From positions 2,973,403-3,037,402 of the forward strand of contig CM074814.1 of NCBI GenBank assembly GCA_037447605.1: a stretch of 64,000 nucleotides of DNA. Direction: 5' to 3'. Positions 28,800-40,569 of the stretch are shown here, piece after piece. The notes beneath the pieces are model-generated. The model was not told where the DNA came from and made no database searches. It saw only the letters and a list, made by a program, of their open reading frames with translations. Both the position numbers and the translations under genes were made by a program. The DNA is from Zygnema circumcarinatum SAG 698-1b (Eukaryota; Plantae; Zygnematophyceae). The first letter of the stretch is position 1, and every line of letters starts with the position of its first letter.

Positions 28800-29657
28800 A
28801 TGGATCAGCTGCCATTGGCCAACCAGTGGACGTCAACCAATAGTTCGGAACCCTTGGGTTTTTAGGGTTTCAACGCTTGCAACCACTGGCAACTGTTCAC
28901 AGGTCGGATCGTTAGATCAACCATTCGAATGGTTGCCAACTATTGGTGCCGGACCGAAACAACCATTCGACTGGTTCGGAACCATTGAATGCCAATGATT
29001 AGGGTGTGTCAGAGCTAAGAAAAATTCGTACTAAAAAATCGACATTCGTAACATTTTGTTAAGTCTGACACGCCCTATTGCCAACCATTCGCATGGTTCG
29101 GAACCTTTGGATCCAATGGTTGGCAACCATTTGAATGGTTCCGAGCCATTGGATGTCAATGGTTGCCAACCACTCGAATGATTCGGAAGCATTGGATCCA
29201 ATGGTTTCCGACTATTTGGATGGTCCGGAACCGTTAGTGGGTTCATAATTGGGTCGTCTGTGTATTTTGTTGGGTTGCCAACCGTTGATGACCTTGAATT
29301 CAATGGCTGGCAACCACTGGGTCCAATGGTTCCGAAACAATGGCTGGCAACCATTTGCATGATTCGAACCATTGGCGCCGGACCAAAACAACAATATGAA
29401 TGGTTTGAAAGCATTGGATGCCAATGGTTACCAACCATTGAGGCAAACCATTCGAACCGTTCCGAATCATGGCGCCGGACCCAAAACAACCATTCGAATG
29501 GTTGCGAATCATTGGGCGCCCAACCATTGCCATCCAATGGTTGTCCAATGGTTGCCGATCCAATGGTCCGACCTATGCAATGGTTGCTTGGGTCGCGAGG
29601 CAATGGTTGGCAACAATTGAATCCTGGTTGGCTGGATCGCCAGCCAACGGTTGATCC
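28800..29657. repeat. Array of palindromic AACCATTCGAATGGTT-type units with degenerate inverted ends (probable non-autonomous transposon)
   Basis: Perfect 16-bp palindromes at about 28919 and 29489; variants at about 28961, 29082, 29126 and 29168; rough GGATCA...GCCAACCAG inverted termini. Confidence 0.7.
29002..29075. mobile_element. 74-bp micro-MITE with about 17-bp TIRs and TA TSD
   Basis: GGGTGTGTCAGAGCTAA ... TTAAGTCTGACACGCCC (3 mismatches). TA at 29000-29001 and 29076-29077. It interrupts the palindrome array. Confidence 0.75.
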
Positions 29658-30491
29658 CTTAGTCCGCCCTGTGCCGTACCGTACGTGCGAGCCTGCAGTC
29701 CGCGTACGGCCCTGTACGACGGGCGGAGGGCCCGCCGCCGTGCGCCGTACGGGCCTCCCGCGCGGCCCTCGACGGCCACCCGCAGCGCCCGCAGGCGGGG
29801 ACGCGCGCGGGCCCTCCGATCCCAAGCCGAAGGAGCCGTTGCTCCGCGGCGCTGAACGCGTACTCTGCATCAAATTACGGAGTACCGCCTCTGACATAGG
29901 TTAAGCTTCACATTGTGAAAAAGCCGTACGTCGTGGTCGCGGCAGGTGCTGGGAGTGGGCGGGCGGGCAAACCCTAAAGCGCGTCGGGCGGGGCGGGCGT
30001 CATGTCAGTCAGTCGGCGCCGGAGGGCCGAGGGGGGAAGGAGGTCGCCGCGGAGGGGGTCGTGGATGCGCATGGATAGGATATGGATGCCATGGCTATGA
30101 CGACGGCGACGGCGATGGCCATGTCTATGGCTATGGCTGGCACCTGGCACGCGGGTCTCATGCCATCCGCTGCTGCTCTGGGAAGCTCTCACTAGCAGGA
30201 GCAAGAGCAGCAGGAGCAAGAGCAGCAGGAGCAAGAGCAGCAGGAGCAGTAGCATTGGCAGTAGCAGTAGCAGGAGAAGTGGAGTAGCAGGGCAGTGGTG
30301 TCGCTCTGGGCCCTCGGCGCTCTCCGGTTACTCCACTATCGCGCCGACAGAAGAGAAGGATGCGTTTTAGTTGTGACGGAGTGCTTTGTTTCGTCCTCTC
30401 CCGCCTAGGACTTTTTCAAGGACTGCTCGGGGCGCCTCTTTAGAGACAGGCCTTTCAAGCAGGCCGTTCAGGGCAGTGCTTCCAGAGTCAT

Positions 30492-33400
30492 ATGCCTCCT
30501 TCCATGAGCATGACCAACTCTGGTTCGGCTATCGCTCTCGTAGCTTTAGCAGGCCCCGGATCGACCCTTGCAGGCATTGCAGGGTCTACAAAGCCTCCCG
30601 GAGAGCCAGCACGACTCGCCGCAGCTGCTGCCCAGCAGCCTGGCGTGGGGGGAACCTCGGCGCTGGTGGTTCCCGCGCTTGCCGAGGCGCCAGCAGTAGC
30701 GCCAAGCGGCCTTGCTCGAGTAAAGCTCAGTGATTTGCTCCCGGAAGACGGTGCTGCGCCTGGCAACTTCTTCAAGACTGTAGAAAGCCTGTCGTTGTCT
30801 CTCGCTCGCTACAATGCGGCGGTTATCCAGCTTAGTGCTGAGGATCAAGCTCTTGTGAAGTGTGCAATTGATTCTTCGCGGCTTTATTTTAAGAGCCGAG
30901 CGGGTGGCCCTGCGGGCTCTGCTGACTGGACTAAGTCGGGAGGATACTATTCTGCCTCGGCAAAAGACATGTATTTCTACAGAGCGGGCAGGTATGCAGC
31001 ACCATTTGCTCGTTTTTGACGTCGTCTTTTCTCTTTCTAATTAGCCAAACATGGCGGTAGGCATTTTATTGTCTCTAGCTGAGACGGACCATCAGGTTCT
31101 GGGCTAGTCATAGATTTGCTTTGGTGGTTTTCTCAACACAACTCCTGTATAGTGATAGTTGTTCCCTGCAAAATGACACTCTATTTGATATCGCCTCTTG
31201 TACGGATGTGGGTAAAAAGTTGGAGGCTCTGTATCCTCGTTGCCATGACTATGATGAAGATGAGGCTGCTCATGATTGGGTTGGGCTGGTTACAACGCTG
31301 TGAGCTGGGAAAATCGATTGTGACCACTCCTTAAGTGTTTATTATGCGGACTACTGACACATGAATGCACTCTCTTCCATTTCCCGGCCCACCATAATCC
31401 GACTTACTTTAAACTTTCAGTTACTCTTAAGATGACGTCACCTTGCGTGCATTCATGAAGTTTAGCTTGAAGCAACCTATCCTGTTAATCGACTTATAAA
31501 AGTTCTGGTTGTGTGTTGTACATGTCTGGCACTTTTGCGGGTAGTCTAGACAGTGAGTTGTTAGGTATGGCGCTTGCAAGTTGCAGTGTGGTTCTGGAGC
31601 TGGCCATGCTTACTTTGTTGGCTTTGTATTGGTACTCTCGGAGATGGCCTTACATGCCAACGCACGTGCACAGTAGACGACGAAAGGTCTTACGGACTAT
31701 TCTCCAAGTCTTAATTATAGAGTGTTCCGAGGAAAGAGTCTGCATGCTCCTTAATTTGGCTTCTTCCGGCAGAGACAGCCATTTTGCTGCCAGTTTCAGA
31801 TGTTTTTCTGTTGTTTTGTTTCTATGCTCATCGAAGCAAGGGAGTTACTCCCTGGTGTTCGTATTTGTGTTCGTTGTCCATGTTTCCATCATCATGTTCC
31901 CATCGTCGTGCTTTCCCAATATTCAAAGTTTGTACTGGAGTTTCTCTTTCTCGAGTAAACACTCTGGCGAATTTAAGATATTGTTTGGAGACAGTCATGA
32001 TTGCTTCGTTAGCCGTATGAATACCGAGGGTATTGTCCTACATAAGGCGAGCTGAAAGCCTGGAAGTTGGTCATGTGTCCGAGACTAGAACAAGGAGAAA
32101 GGCTAGAGCTAGGGTTTCTTTGTAAAGATATGATGTCATTGCAACTTTCTGAAGCAGCCGAAGCAGCAACTTGTACTTGAGGATTGGCCTCCATTCCCTT
32201 ATGCCTTTATTGAAGTGATTGACGTGGAAGCAGGTTACTAGCGTCGGAAGAGCATGAGTGGACCCCCCCGTGCATGTCTGACGTTTTCCGATGCTTCGGG
32301 AAAGCCTCACGAGCTGCCTTGGCTGCTATCTCACGACATTTGCGACTTAGAAGCGAGTGAGTAGTAAACCTGTTTCACCTCGTGCGTTGTTTGATAAGCA
32401 GGCGAACAGGTATAACACTGCTAGCATTCGTTTGGAGTATCTATTCTCTCTTTTGTATGGACTTGGGATTATGGCTAAGTTCTATCTGATGTCCTTGATA
32501 ATTTTGGGTCCTTGGGGGTGTTCAAAGGTCCAACCTGTCTGGATTGTAACAACGGCTTAAACGAAGTCTTGAAAGTTCCGGATTTTATTTTCATCAGTCA
32601 ATTGGCAACTGACTTCCAACGGGAGGGATGCAGTGCTCTTGGGACGTTGTTGGATGATTATCCTCTCCCCGCGGGAGAGGTGTCGTCTTCCGTTCTCACT
32701 GCCACGTGTCATCACTCAAAGGCACCCGCTCCTCATCGGTCTGGGGCTGAAGATAGACCCATGAATTCAGAGGTTGAGAAAGGGCTCCTCATGCTTTCTG
32801 CATCAGACATGCCAGGGCTGCAGGTGAGTGTCTGCTGATCAACTTGCATGCTTTCCTTCTCCCCAACTCCGCGGCAGTTTTGCCATGTGCGTGGAGGTCC
32901 TGCGTATTGTGGCTGATAGTTCCTCGTTTTTCTCGGTCTGCTTTTGGTGTCCCTATGCTGAAGGTCTGCGATGCGAGTGGAAAGTGGTTTCTGGCCGACC
33001 ACGGCGTTGGCCCCGGAGAGTTGGTGTTGCTGACCGGGCGAGCCCTTTATCAGGCCACGGCCGGCCTGCGCCTCCCCGGGACCTACCGGATCCTCCCGCC
33101 CGCGCCGGCGGACCTGCAGCCGGGAAGCTTTGGAAGGTGGGTACAGGCCCGGGCCTGGCATAGGCTGATGCTTGTAGCGCGCTTATTGTCCGTGACCTAG
33201 CTTTGGCGAGAAAAAGATGTCAACTATGACTTTCAACGTAATCTGCGGGTTTGCTGGGCCGTAGCATGAACCATGTGTTTTTAGCTTCTTTGCAAGCTTC
33301 TTTTGTTCTGATTGCTTTTTTGAGAACGAGTAGGGCCTTGATGGCCGCATGAATCATGCTATGTTCTCGGATGCTTAGGGTATTGATGCTTGAAGACTCT

Positions 33401-36400
33401 GCAGCTGTCGTATTCCTTCGTGTGGCCAGGGATGCATGGCCACTTCTTTCAAGGTTGACTGCTCTGCCACTGGATTGTTTTCAGAATGCTCTCTTGCCCT
33501 AACATTCTCCCTCTCCGTGTTGATTCAGATGCTCCCTTACGTTCCGCCTGATGCCGCGCCCACAAGCGATTATTGACTGCACTGCTATGCAGACAGCAGG
33601 GCATTCAATTCCAGAAGCCTTCCAAGCGCCTGTGCCTGTTCCTATCTTCATGGAGACACTTGCTAACAACGACACTTCTTCCGGAAACAGTTACAGTGAA
33701 GTTGCTTTGGTATGACCATAAACTTTGTTCCTTTTCAGTGTTCTACTTCATTCACCACTCTCCCGCTGAGCAGCTGTTTATCGAAGGTGATGCTCTGCGT
33801 GAATTTTGAAAATGCCAACTCGTCGGCTGGCAGCCTGACCGTCCTTTTACAACTCAGCTCAGTAAAGTTGTTCTAAGGCCTTTTGTTTGCTGAACTGATG
33901 GAGTGTTTACAGGCTTCGTTGGCTAAGGCGGACGGTAGTCCGTCGCTTCGCTCCGTTTTGACTGATCCTGCAAGGTAGCCTCCCAATCTTCTGCGACAGA
34001 TGCTTGTTTATGTTTTGCGTGTAAAGTATGTCCTTTGCGTTCGTCCTGATGTGGGATTCACGCTAAGTGATCTCCATGTGTCAATGCTAGTGTCGGACTT
34101 GCGTGTCCTCTTACCGATCATGTGCTCTTGCTGGACATCACATTTGTACTTTCGTACTACTCGTTCCATTTTTAATGGGGCACTGCTCACGGGAGAAGGA
34201 GTTTTTCTGATTGGGTTTCTGTATCCTGTTGTCCTGCAGTGGTTCTCTGTTGGAGGATGCTATGGTGTCACAATGTGGTCATTCTTTTGGAGGAGCGAGC
34301 TTGCGGAGAATTCTTGAAACAGTGAGTTCTTCTGTTGATCAGACTCTGTTCCTATGAGGGATAGCATAGTATCACACATATTTTCATGGCACTGCACAGA
34401 ACGAGACAGCACCTCAGCACAGCATATTTCTCTGAGCACTTGCGAGGTCTATTTGTCACAGACGACATCCTCAGCGATGATTTCCATCTGATGACGAGAC
34501 TGAGCTCTAGGGACTCTCAAAGCTATCCTTCAGTTGGGCGGAGTGTTCTGTTCTAGACAACGTGGAAGGGGAGTTGGAGTATCACCTGCTGGCATGTGTG
34601 CCAGTGCTATGACGCCTCACTGAGGCATTTGCCTGAGAGAATGCTTTAACGTGCGGATCGTGGTCTCTTTTCTTTCATTTTTTTTTTTGTTTGAAAACGG
34701 GCAGCCCGGCTTACTGTGACGAACCTTTGCACGACAGGTTTCACATGTCTAAGTTTTAAGTGAATGAGAGCCCCTAATCTCTGAGACCTGATAGCCGCGT
34801 TTTTTAGCACTAAAGCTGTTTCAGTTCTCCGCCTAATACATGAAGGCGTTTCGTCAGTTTTCTTTTTACTTTTTTTGGAGTTGCCTATGCAGTCCTTAAG
34901 GTTCAATCATGTTTTGCTGACGTGTTCTATTAGGGTCTTAAGCCTGTTAAGGTTAGCTGCTTCTTGGACAAAGAAAACGCTTGTAGTAGTATAGTGAAAA
35001 GACCAGTGTACCATATGAGTCCGCATCGCTTCTATCAAGATCGTCTGGTTGCGTGCCATTGACGCAAGACCCTTTCCCTTTCAATGCAGATGGTCTGTCC
35101 TTGGTGTGGAGGTGGAGTTGACGTGATGGCCCTTGTTCCAAATCTTGGTAAGCAATGACCTTTCTTCAGCAGTGTTTAGAGCACGCAATTCGTTTATTTC
35201 TTTTGTTATTCTTTTCTTATTGCAGAAGTCCCACATCCAACGTCTTGCTAGGCATCAGATGTGGGATATGTCAGACTGCTTGGCAAAGAAAAGCCTTGTT
35301 CTTTTCTGTAGATTCGCCGCTCGTTCTTAAGGTGATGGTCTTTCCTTAGTTCACCATGCTGCCTCGTGTCCCATAAGCAGGAGGAAAAATGCTATGCCGT
35401 TTACATGTATTCTTGAATTGAATTGCAAATTTGAGCTGTGCCCTGGCTTTTGGTGTGTTTCATGAGGGTTTGCGCTTTGTGGACATCGTTGAAGCCACTG
35501 AACGTTTTGGGATTCGGTTAGGCATGGTTATGTATTGGTATTGATGGACTTTGCCCAGAGGGTTTTTCAGGGTTGCGGGCGGCTGTAGCTGCGTACAAGC
35601 GCGAGGAGGTTGCAGCAAGGCAGCAGTCCGCCCTGAGAGGTGCCAAGAGAAAGAGGGAGAGAGAGGCAGCAGGTGCGGATGGCAGAGAAAGCGGCGGCAG
35701 TCGCGCGAAGAAAACCAATAAGGTAAGGCGGACTTTAGGCATGCTCTCGTGCTGGTCTCATCCACGCCAGCGTCCTCACTGTGAGGATTTTTGTCGATGC
35801 CTTGAGGGATTGAGCTTGTGAGATCAGTTGACTATGAGGAAACACTGATGGCCTTGCTCCAGTCCCGCCCTTGCGTGGCCGAGCGTTCGTGCAGGCGCTC
35901 GTCTCGAGCAGCGCTGCTCTCGAGTATCCCGCATCTGCAACCGATAGCGATGGCAGCCAAAAAATTAAAGGAGTCCAGTTTCCATATTCTGTCAACGACT
36001 ATGTGCTCATTAAGGTGGGTTGCTCCAACGTCTTCGGAAGCCTTCTTTCTTATCCTTTTTCCTTTTTCTTGGAATCTCCGTTCTCAACGTTGTAAGTAAG
36101 ATGTTTCCAATCTTTTACCTGAGCGGATTCCTAGTATATTGCAATTTTTAGTGGAAATTCAGGGTTTACAAGCCCTTTAAATTATCGCGAGGTTTCTCCT
36201 GGGTTTTATGGGCATGCCTGGCGGTTTGGAAGAGTTGAGCTTGTTCATATGTTTTTTTTCTTGGAGGGGTGACCCGCAGGGCAACAAGCGGACCCCCGAG
36301 AAGTTCGTCGGACGGGAGGCCGTTATTACAAATCAGTGCCTGAATGGCTGGTGGGTGTCACTCCCACCAGCAGTGGAAATTGTGCTGAAATGAATGTGTT

Positions 36401-38862
36401 CATAACCTGTCACCACCATTGCATGCGTCCTGTTGTTGAATGGTATAGAGGTCCCTCTTGGTTCATAATTTATGTTCTGGAAGGCAAGGAGTTTGCGTGA
36501 GTCAGATTTGGCAGCTGCACTGAATACGAACTCATGCGTGTAGCATAATACATTCACAGGTTAATCCTCTCCCTTCCAAGAGGGAAGTCGTCTCCCGGAC
36601 TAGATCGCACAGGTCTCCTTTGGATAGGACCCATCCAGATTGTTTCGCGTGTGACGACTTGTGACAACTGTTTTTTTAAGTTAATTGGTGCCAGGGGGTT
36701 TTAAATCTCAACGTTTCGGATAGCCTCCGGTTAATTTATTTTTTCAGCGAAAAAAATATCTTACTGAGTATCCCAATGACGATCCAAGAAGTTATAAGCA
36801 CTTGGGCATGTACTTCTAATCCTGCTATTTCCCAATATAGATGTTGACCAACCTAGACCAGAGTTATGACCAGGGTTGACCCTGAAAACCCTAAAACCCT
36901 AATAACCCGAGTACCACTGGTGTTAATTTCAAACTGCAGGTACCTGGTGCGGACATTAGATACTGGGGAAAGCGTTCGGTTGCAGTACCGATCCCTCCAG
37001 AGAACTTTGGGTACGAATTCTGGCCTTACGCCGTCTTGTTAACATCCCGTGAAGTGATTCATGACGGTCGCTTTCCGTCCATACTCTGCGCAAACTTACT
37101 GGTATTAGTGGCGTGGCAAATAAACGCAATGATTTTTCGTTGTTTTTTTTTTCAAATGCTTTTTCTCTGGATCTCGTTTGCATGTTTGTGTTGGGTTTTT
37201 CTCCTTGCTGTCGAATTTTGTGAGGCAGCTCTGCTGGGTGAGGTTTGCATGATTGTAAACACAATCACAGTTCTAGTTGATGACGTGCGTTGAAGGAATC
37301 AGAGAGGGCACTTTTAATGACATTTGCTGATGGAGGCCATGGGTATGAGATATGGTGGTCTGACTGCACCTGTTGCATTTTTGGCCTGCATCTGTCGTTT
37401 TCCAGCTCATCGACTCTCGGGACCCAAAGGTGTGCTTGACGGAGATGCAGGGCCTCTGTCCGGCCAAGTTGACCAGCAGGACGACTGTGCGCAGGCTGAC
37501 GACCTGCCCCTCTTCCCGCAGGCGGCCATGGACGCAGCGGGCGCGTTTGCGCTCGCTCCGCTGGGCCTTCCAGCGCCGTACTCCCCTCATAGGGGAGGTG
37601 AGTCTCCCTCGGGGGGGTCCGTGTTCCCCACCACCCTCAGTCCGAGAGGAGAAGGGTCAACCGCTCGCGAGGCTGTTTCTCTGGTCACCAAAGACTGGAA
37701 GTTGAGACCTATGCAAGAGGGAAGCACCTCTGGCACTTACGGTACAGCGCTTCTACAAGTTCTTGAACCCGGTGAGTTCACACCAGATAGCGGCAGCGCT
37801 GCTCCTTCCGACATGAAGAATGCTGCTCTGCAAGCCACGCCTTCGTTGCAGCCGCTTCTTCAGCCTGTCACGCGGCCACGCTCACCGGGGCGAATTGGAA
37901 AGAACATGGCAATCATTCCGTTTCCAGCGAAAGGGAGCTTTTCGGGGAAGGCAAGCGGCAATGGAGATGGTTCAGAAGGGGTCATTTTGGATCAAGGAGT
38001 GTCTGCAGGGCAGCGATCCGGGCATGGTCCATCAGTGTTCAAGGTCCGTTCTCCTGTCGGTAAGTCAACGCTAGGGTCAACAAGCTGCGCGAAGCCTGTA
38101 GGGGTGGCAGAGAAGCTTGTGAAGAAGGAACCGAGAGAGAACTGGCCTGCACCAGGAAAGGAGGCAGCACAGGTGCCTGGTTCGAGTCAGAGCTCAGGTT
38201 CCGCGTCTGGGGCGGGCTCAGCTTTGAGTGGAGGAGCATACACCAACTCAGTGAAGGTGAAGGACTTTCACGGAGATGCAGAAGCAGGCTGCAATTTGGC
38301 TTCAGGAGTTGGTGGGGGGTCCGGTTCCTGGGCGGCTGGTGGTGGATCCGTTGGCACACAGAAAAACAGCAGGGAAGTGGAAGATAGTCTGTCCCTCATG
38401 GGAGAAGAGGAAGATGGGAAGAAGTCGGGGGCGATAAACACTTTGAGCTGTGTAGGAGCAGGAGGCGCTGACCTGAAGTTTCCACCAGCTCTGCATGGAA
38501 CCAATGCGCAGCCGATGCAAACCTCAGAGATGCAGCAGCAGGTGGTCGTCCCACCCAAGAAGCGAGACCTGGGTTCCCTCACGGGCAAAGTGCACGGGAA
38601 CTCATCGCCGCGGACAGCAAGTGCCGGGTATCTCTCGCCGTCGCATCCCGCGGCTTCCGGGTCCCCGCAGCGAGCGCCCATGTCGCCTCCCCCCGATCGG
38701 GCAGCGCCTGCGGGAGGAGCGCTGGTAGACGAGTCCGCCTCTCTGCAGCAGAGCCAGAGGGAGCTGCCCGCTGACCTCTTCCAGGGAGAGGGTCTGCCCT
38801 CCACCCCAGGGGAGAGGCAAAGCGGTTTTCTGGACGACCCAAGATCTGAACAGTGGGCTTAA
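30492..38862 (+). CDS. At3g19895-like protein: 2OG-oxygenase-like fold, U-box/RING, KOW-like domain and long low-complexity tail
   Basis: Exon peptides: [12 protein letters not shown]...[87 protein letters not shown] (about 34220-34321), [13 protein letters not shown] (about 35091-35146), [55 protein letters not shown], then a last exon of about 1.45 kb ending at 38862. Confidence 0.85.
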
Positions 38863-39538
38863 ACTTTGATGTTACTGAACTGGCGCTGCAGTGCCAGCGG
38901 TAGTATAAAAGCATAGCGGGCCCGTGCATCCACACATGCACTGGACTGCAAGTAAATAAAGCTTTTACGAATAGAAGCACGGTATCTTGATGTGTACGCC
39001 CTGCATATGCCCAGCTCCTTGGTGTCGGTTTGCGCGGGTTCCTAGGCAGAGGAACCTACTATGAAATAGGCTGTGTCAGTGCGAGCAAGTGCAGCTGCTG
39101 CCGCGTGCAGGGGCGAGCAGACGGGTCGCCGCTGAAGCAATCAGCCTCAAGATTGTGGCTTGAGGCTTGTCGTTTGAGTTGGGTTGTCCATCCTCCGTCC
39201 TGCCCTGAATGAATGGCTCCTCAGAGCTTTGCGAAAACAATTAATCCTTAGAAATCACTTGAGATTGTGTAAATCGGAAAGCACAGCATGCGGTAGAGTA
39301 CCCTCGATTGGCTCTCAGCCTCTCATTCTTGTGATGTCGGCCAATGACGAGTGACTGTGCTCGCGCGCTGTGCATGGATCTGGCTGGTTCTGCATGGGAT
39401 TGACGGACAGTCACAAAAGGCCGAGTTGCTTGTATGGTGTGCTTCAGTTTTGGCAGGGTTGCCCGCCATAGAAGGAAGTGTTGGTAGATCATCATGAGCA
39501 GCATGTTGGTTTACAGGGTTTAGCATACTACCATTAAT

Positions 39539-39652
39539 TTGAACAATTGAACATTTTTTCTGAAATTGTTCAATGTTCTAATGGAAAGGTTTCAATAGGT
39601 CAATAGTTCTCTAAATTGAACAACATAAAGCGAAGTTCAATTGTTCAAAGTC
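39539..39652. repeat. Short AT-rich inverted repeat (TTTGAACAATTGAAC ... GTTCAATTGTTCAAA)
   Basis: 15-bp perfect inverted ends about 115 bp apart; no TSD identified. Confidence 0.6.
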
Positions 39653-39819
39653 TCAATCTGTTCGGTTACATGTGTGGATTCCAGTTTTTGCCACGTAGGA
39701 TTTAAGCAATTTGCGAGATTTGCTTAATTCAAGCCCAAATTTTCCGTACGTTTTTTTCGCCAGATCAATGATTTTCGTACGGTATAGAAATGGAAATGGG
39801 CGAAATTTGAAGGAATCTG

Positions 39820-39950
39820 ATAAATCCACTCCTTTTTTGGATCGACACACCCCTTTTTTCGCCGGGCAAATTTTAAAATCGACAAAAAAGGTTTAAAAAC
39901 GAAAAATGCCTTTTTCACACCTTTTTTGGATCGATACACACCTTCTAACT
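39820..39950 (+). mobile_element. Remnant related to the TIR of the 1546-3199 element
   Basis: ACGAAAAATGCCTTTTTCACACCTTTTTTGGATCGATAC (about 39899) resembles ACGGAAAATGCTTTTTTCACACCTTTTTGGAATCGATAC (about 1622). Confidence 0.65.
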
Positions 39951-40569
39951 TTGGGTAGATTATATTTTACAAATGAAAGGTCAACACCCTAAAAACCCAT
40001 TTAAGCCCCTAAAAAAACCCCTTTTTTGCATAAAAAATGTAAAATGAATAGACATTGCACTTACGATGGCAATCGGCAATTGTTGATCGATCGGACCCTT
40101 CCACCGCTCCCTCCCTCCACGCGATGTGCCGCACATCGATCGGTGACCTTCGCGGATGCTTCCAAGGGTTTCTTCAAGCGTTGTTGCGCGTAGGCGTAGT
40201 TTTCCGCTCCTCTCTAATTTCTTGTGTGCGGAGGTCCTTTGCGACCAGTTCCTCGTGGTTCCTTACGCTGCTTTTGTCCATGCACATCTGATGGCCTCGC
40301 ATGCCACACCTTTTTCTTGATCGCCTTCTCCATCCACCTGCCGTACGACGTGTACCCCTGACCGGCCAGTCCCGTAAACCGTACGGTGCTGACTGCGAGG
40401 GCTGCGCACCGTACGACAATGTACGAAACCGTACGAAAACAGCGCGCAACGGAACTGCGGCGGGGCATGGAGAGGGCTGCGCGCGAGGGCGATTCAAACC
40501 GCCCCGGGAGGCGCAGGCAGACGCGCGCCCGCCGGCCCGCTCTCGCCGCCACGTGGCGCCTCCTCCGCC

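Noticed and set aside
28800-29657. CRISPR-like look of the palindromic repeats, and the 214-288 aa ORFs over them
   Set aside because: Spacers are short, variable and themselves repeat-derived, there are no cas genes, the context is eukaryotic, and the ORFs are repeat artefacts.
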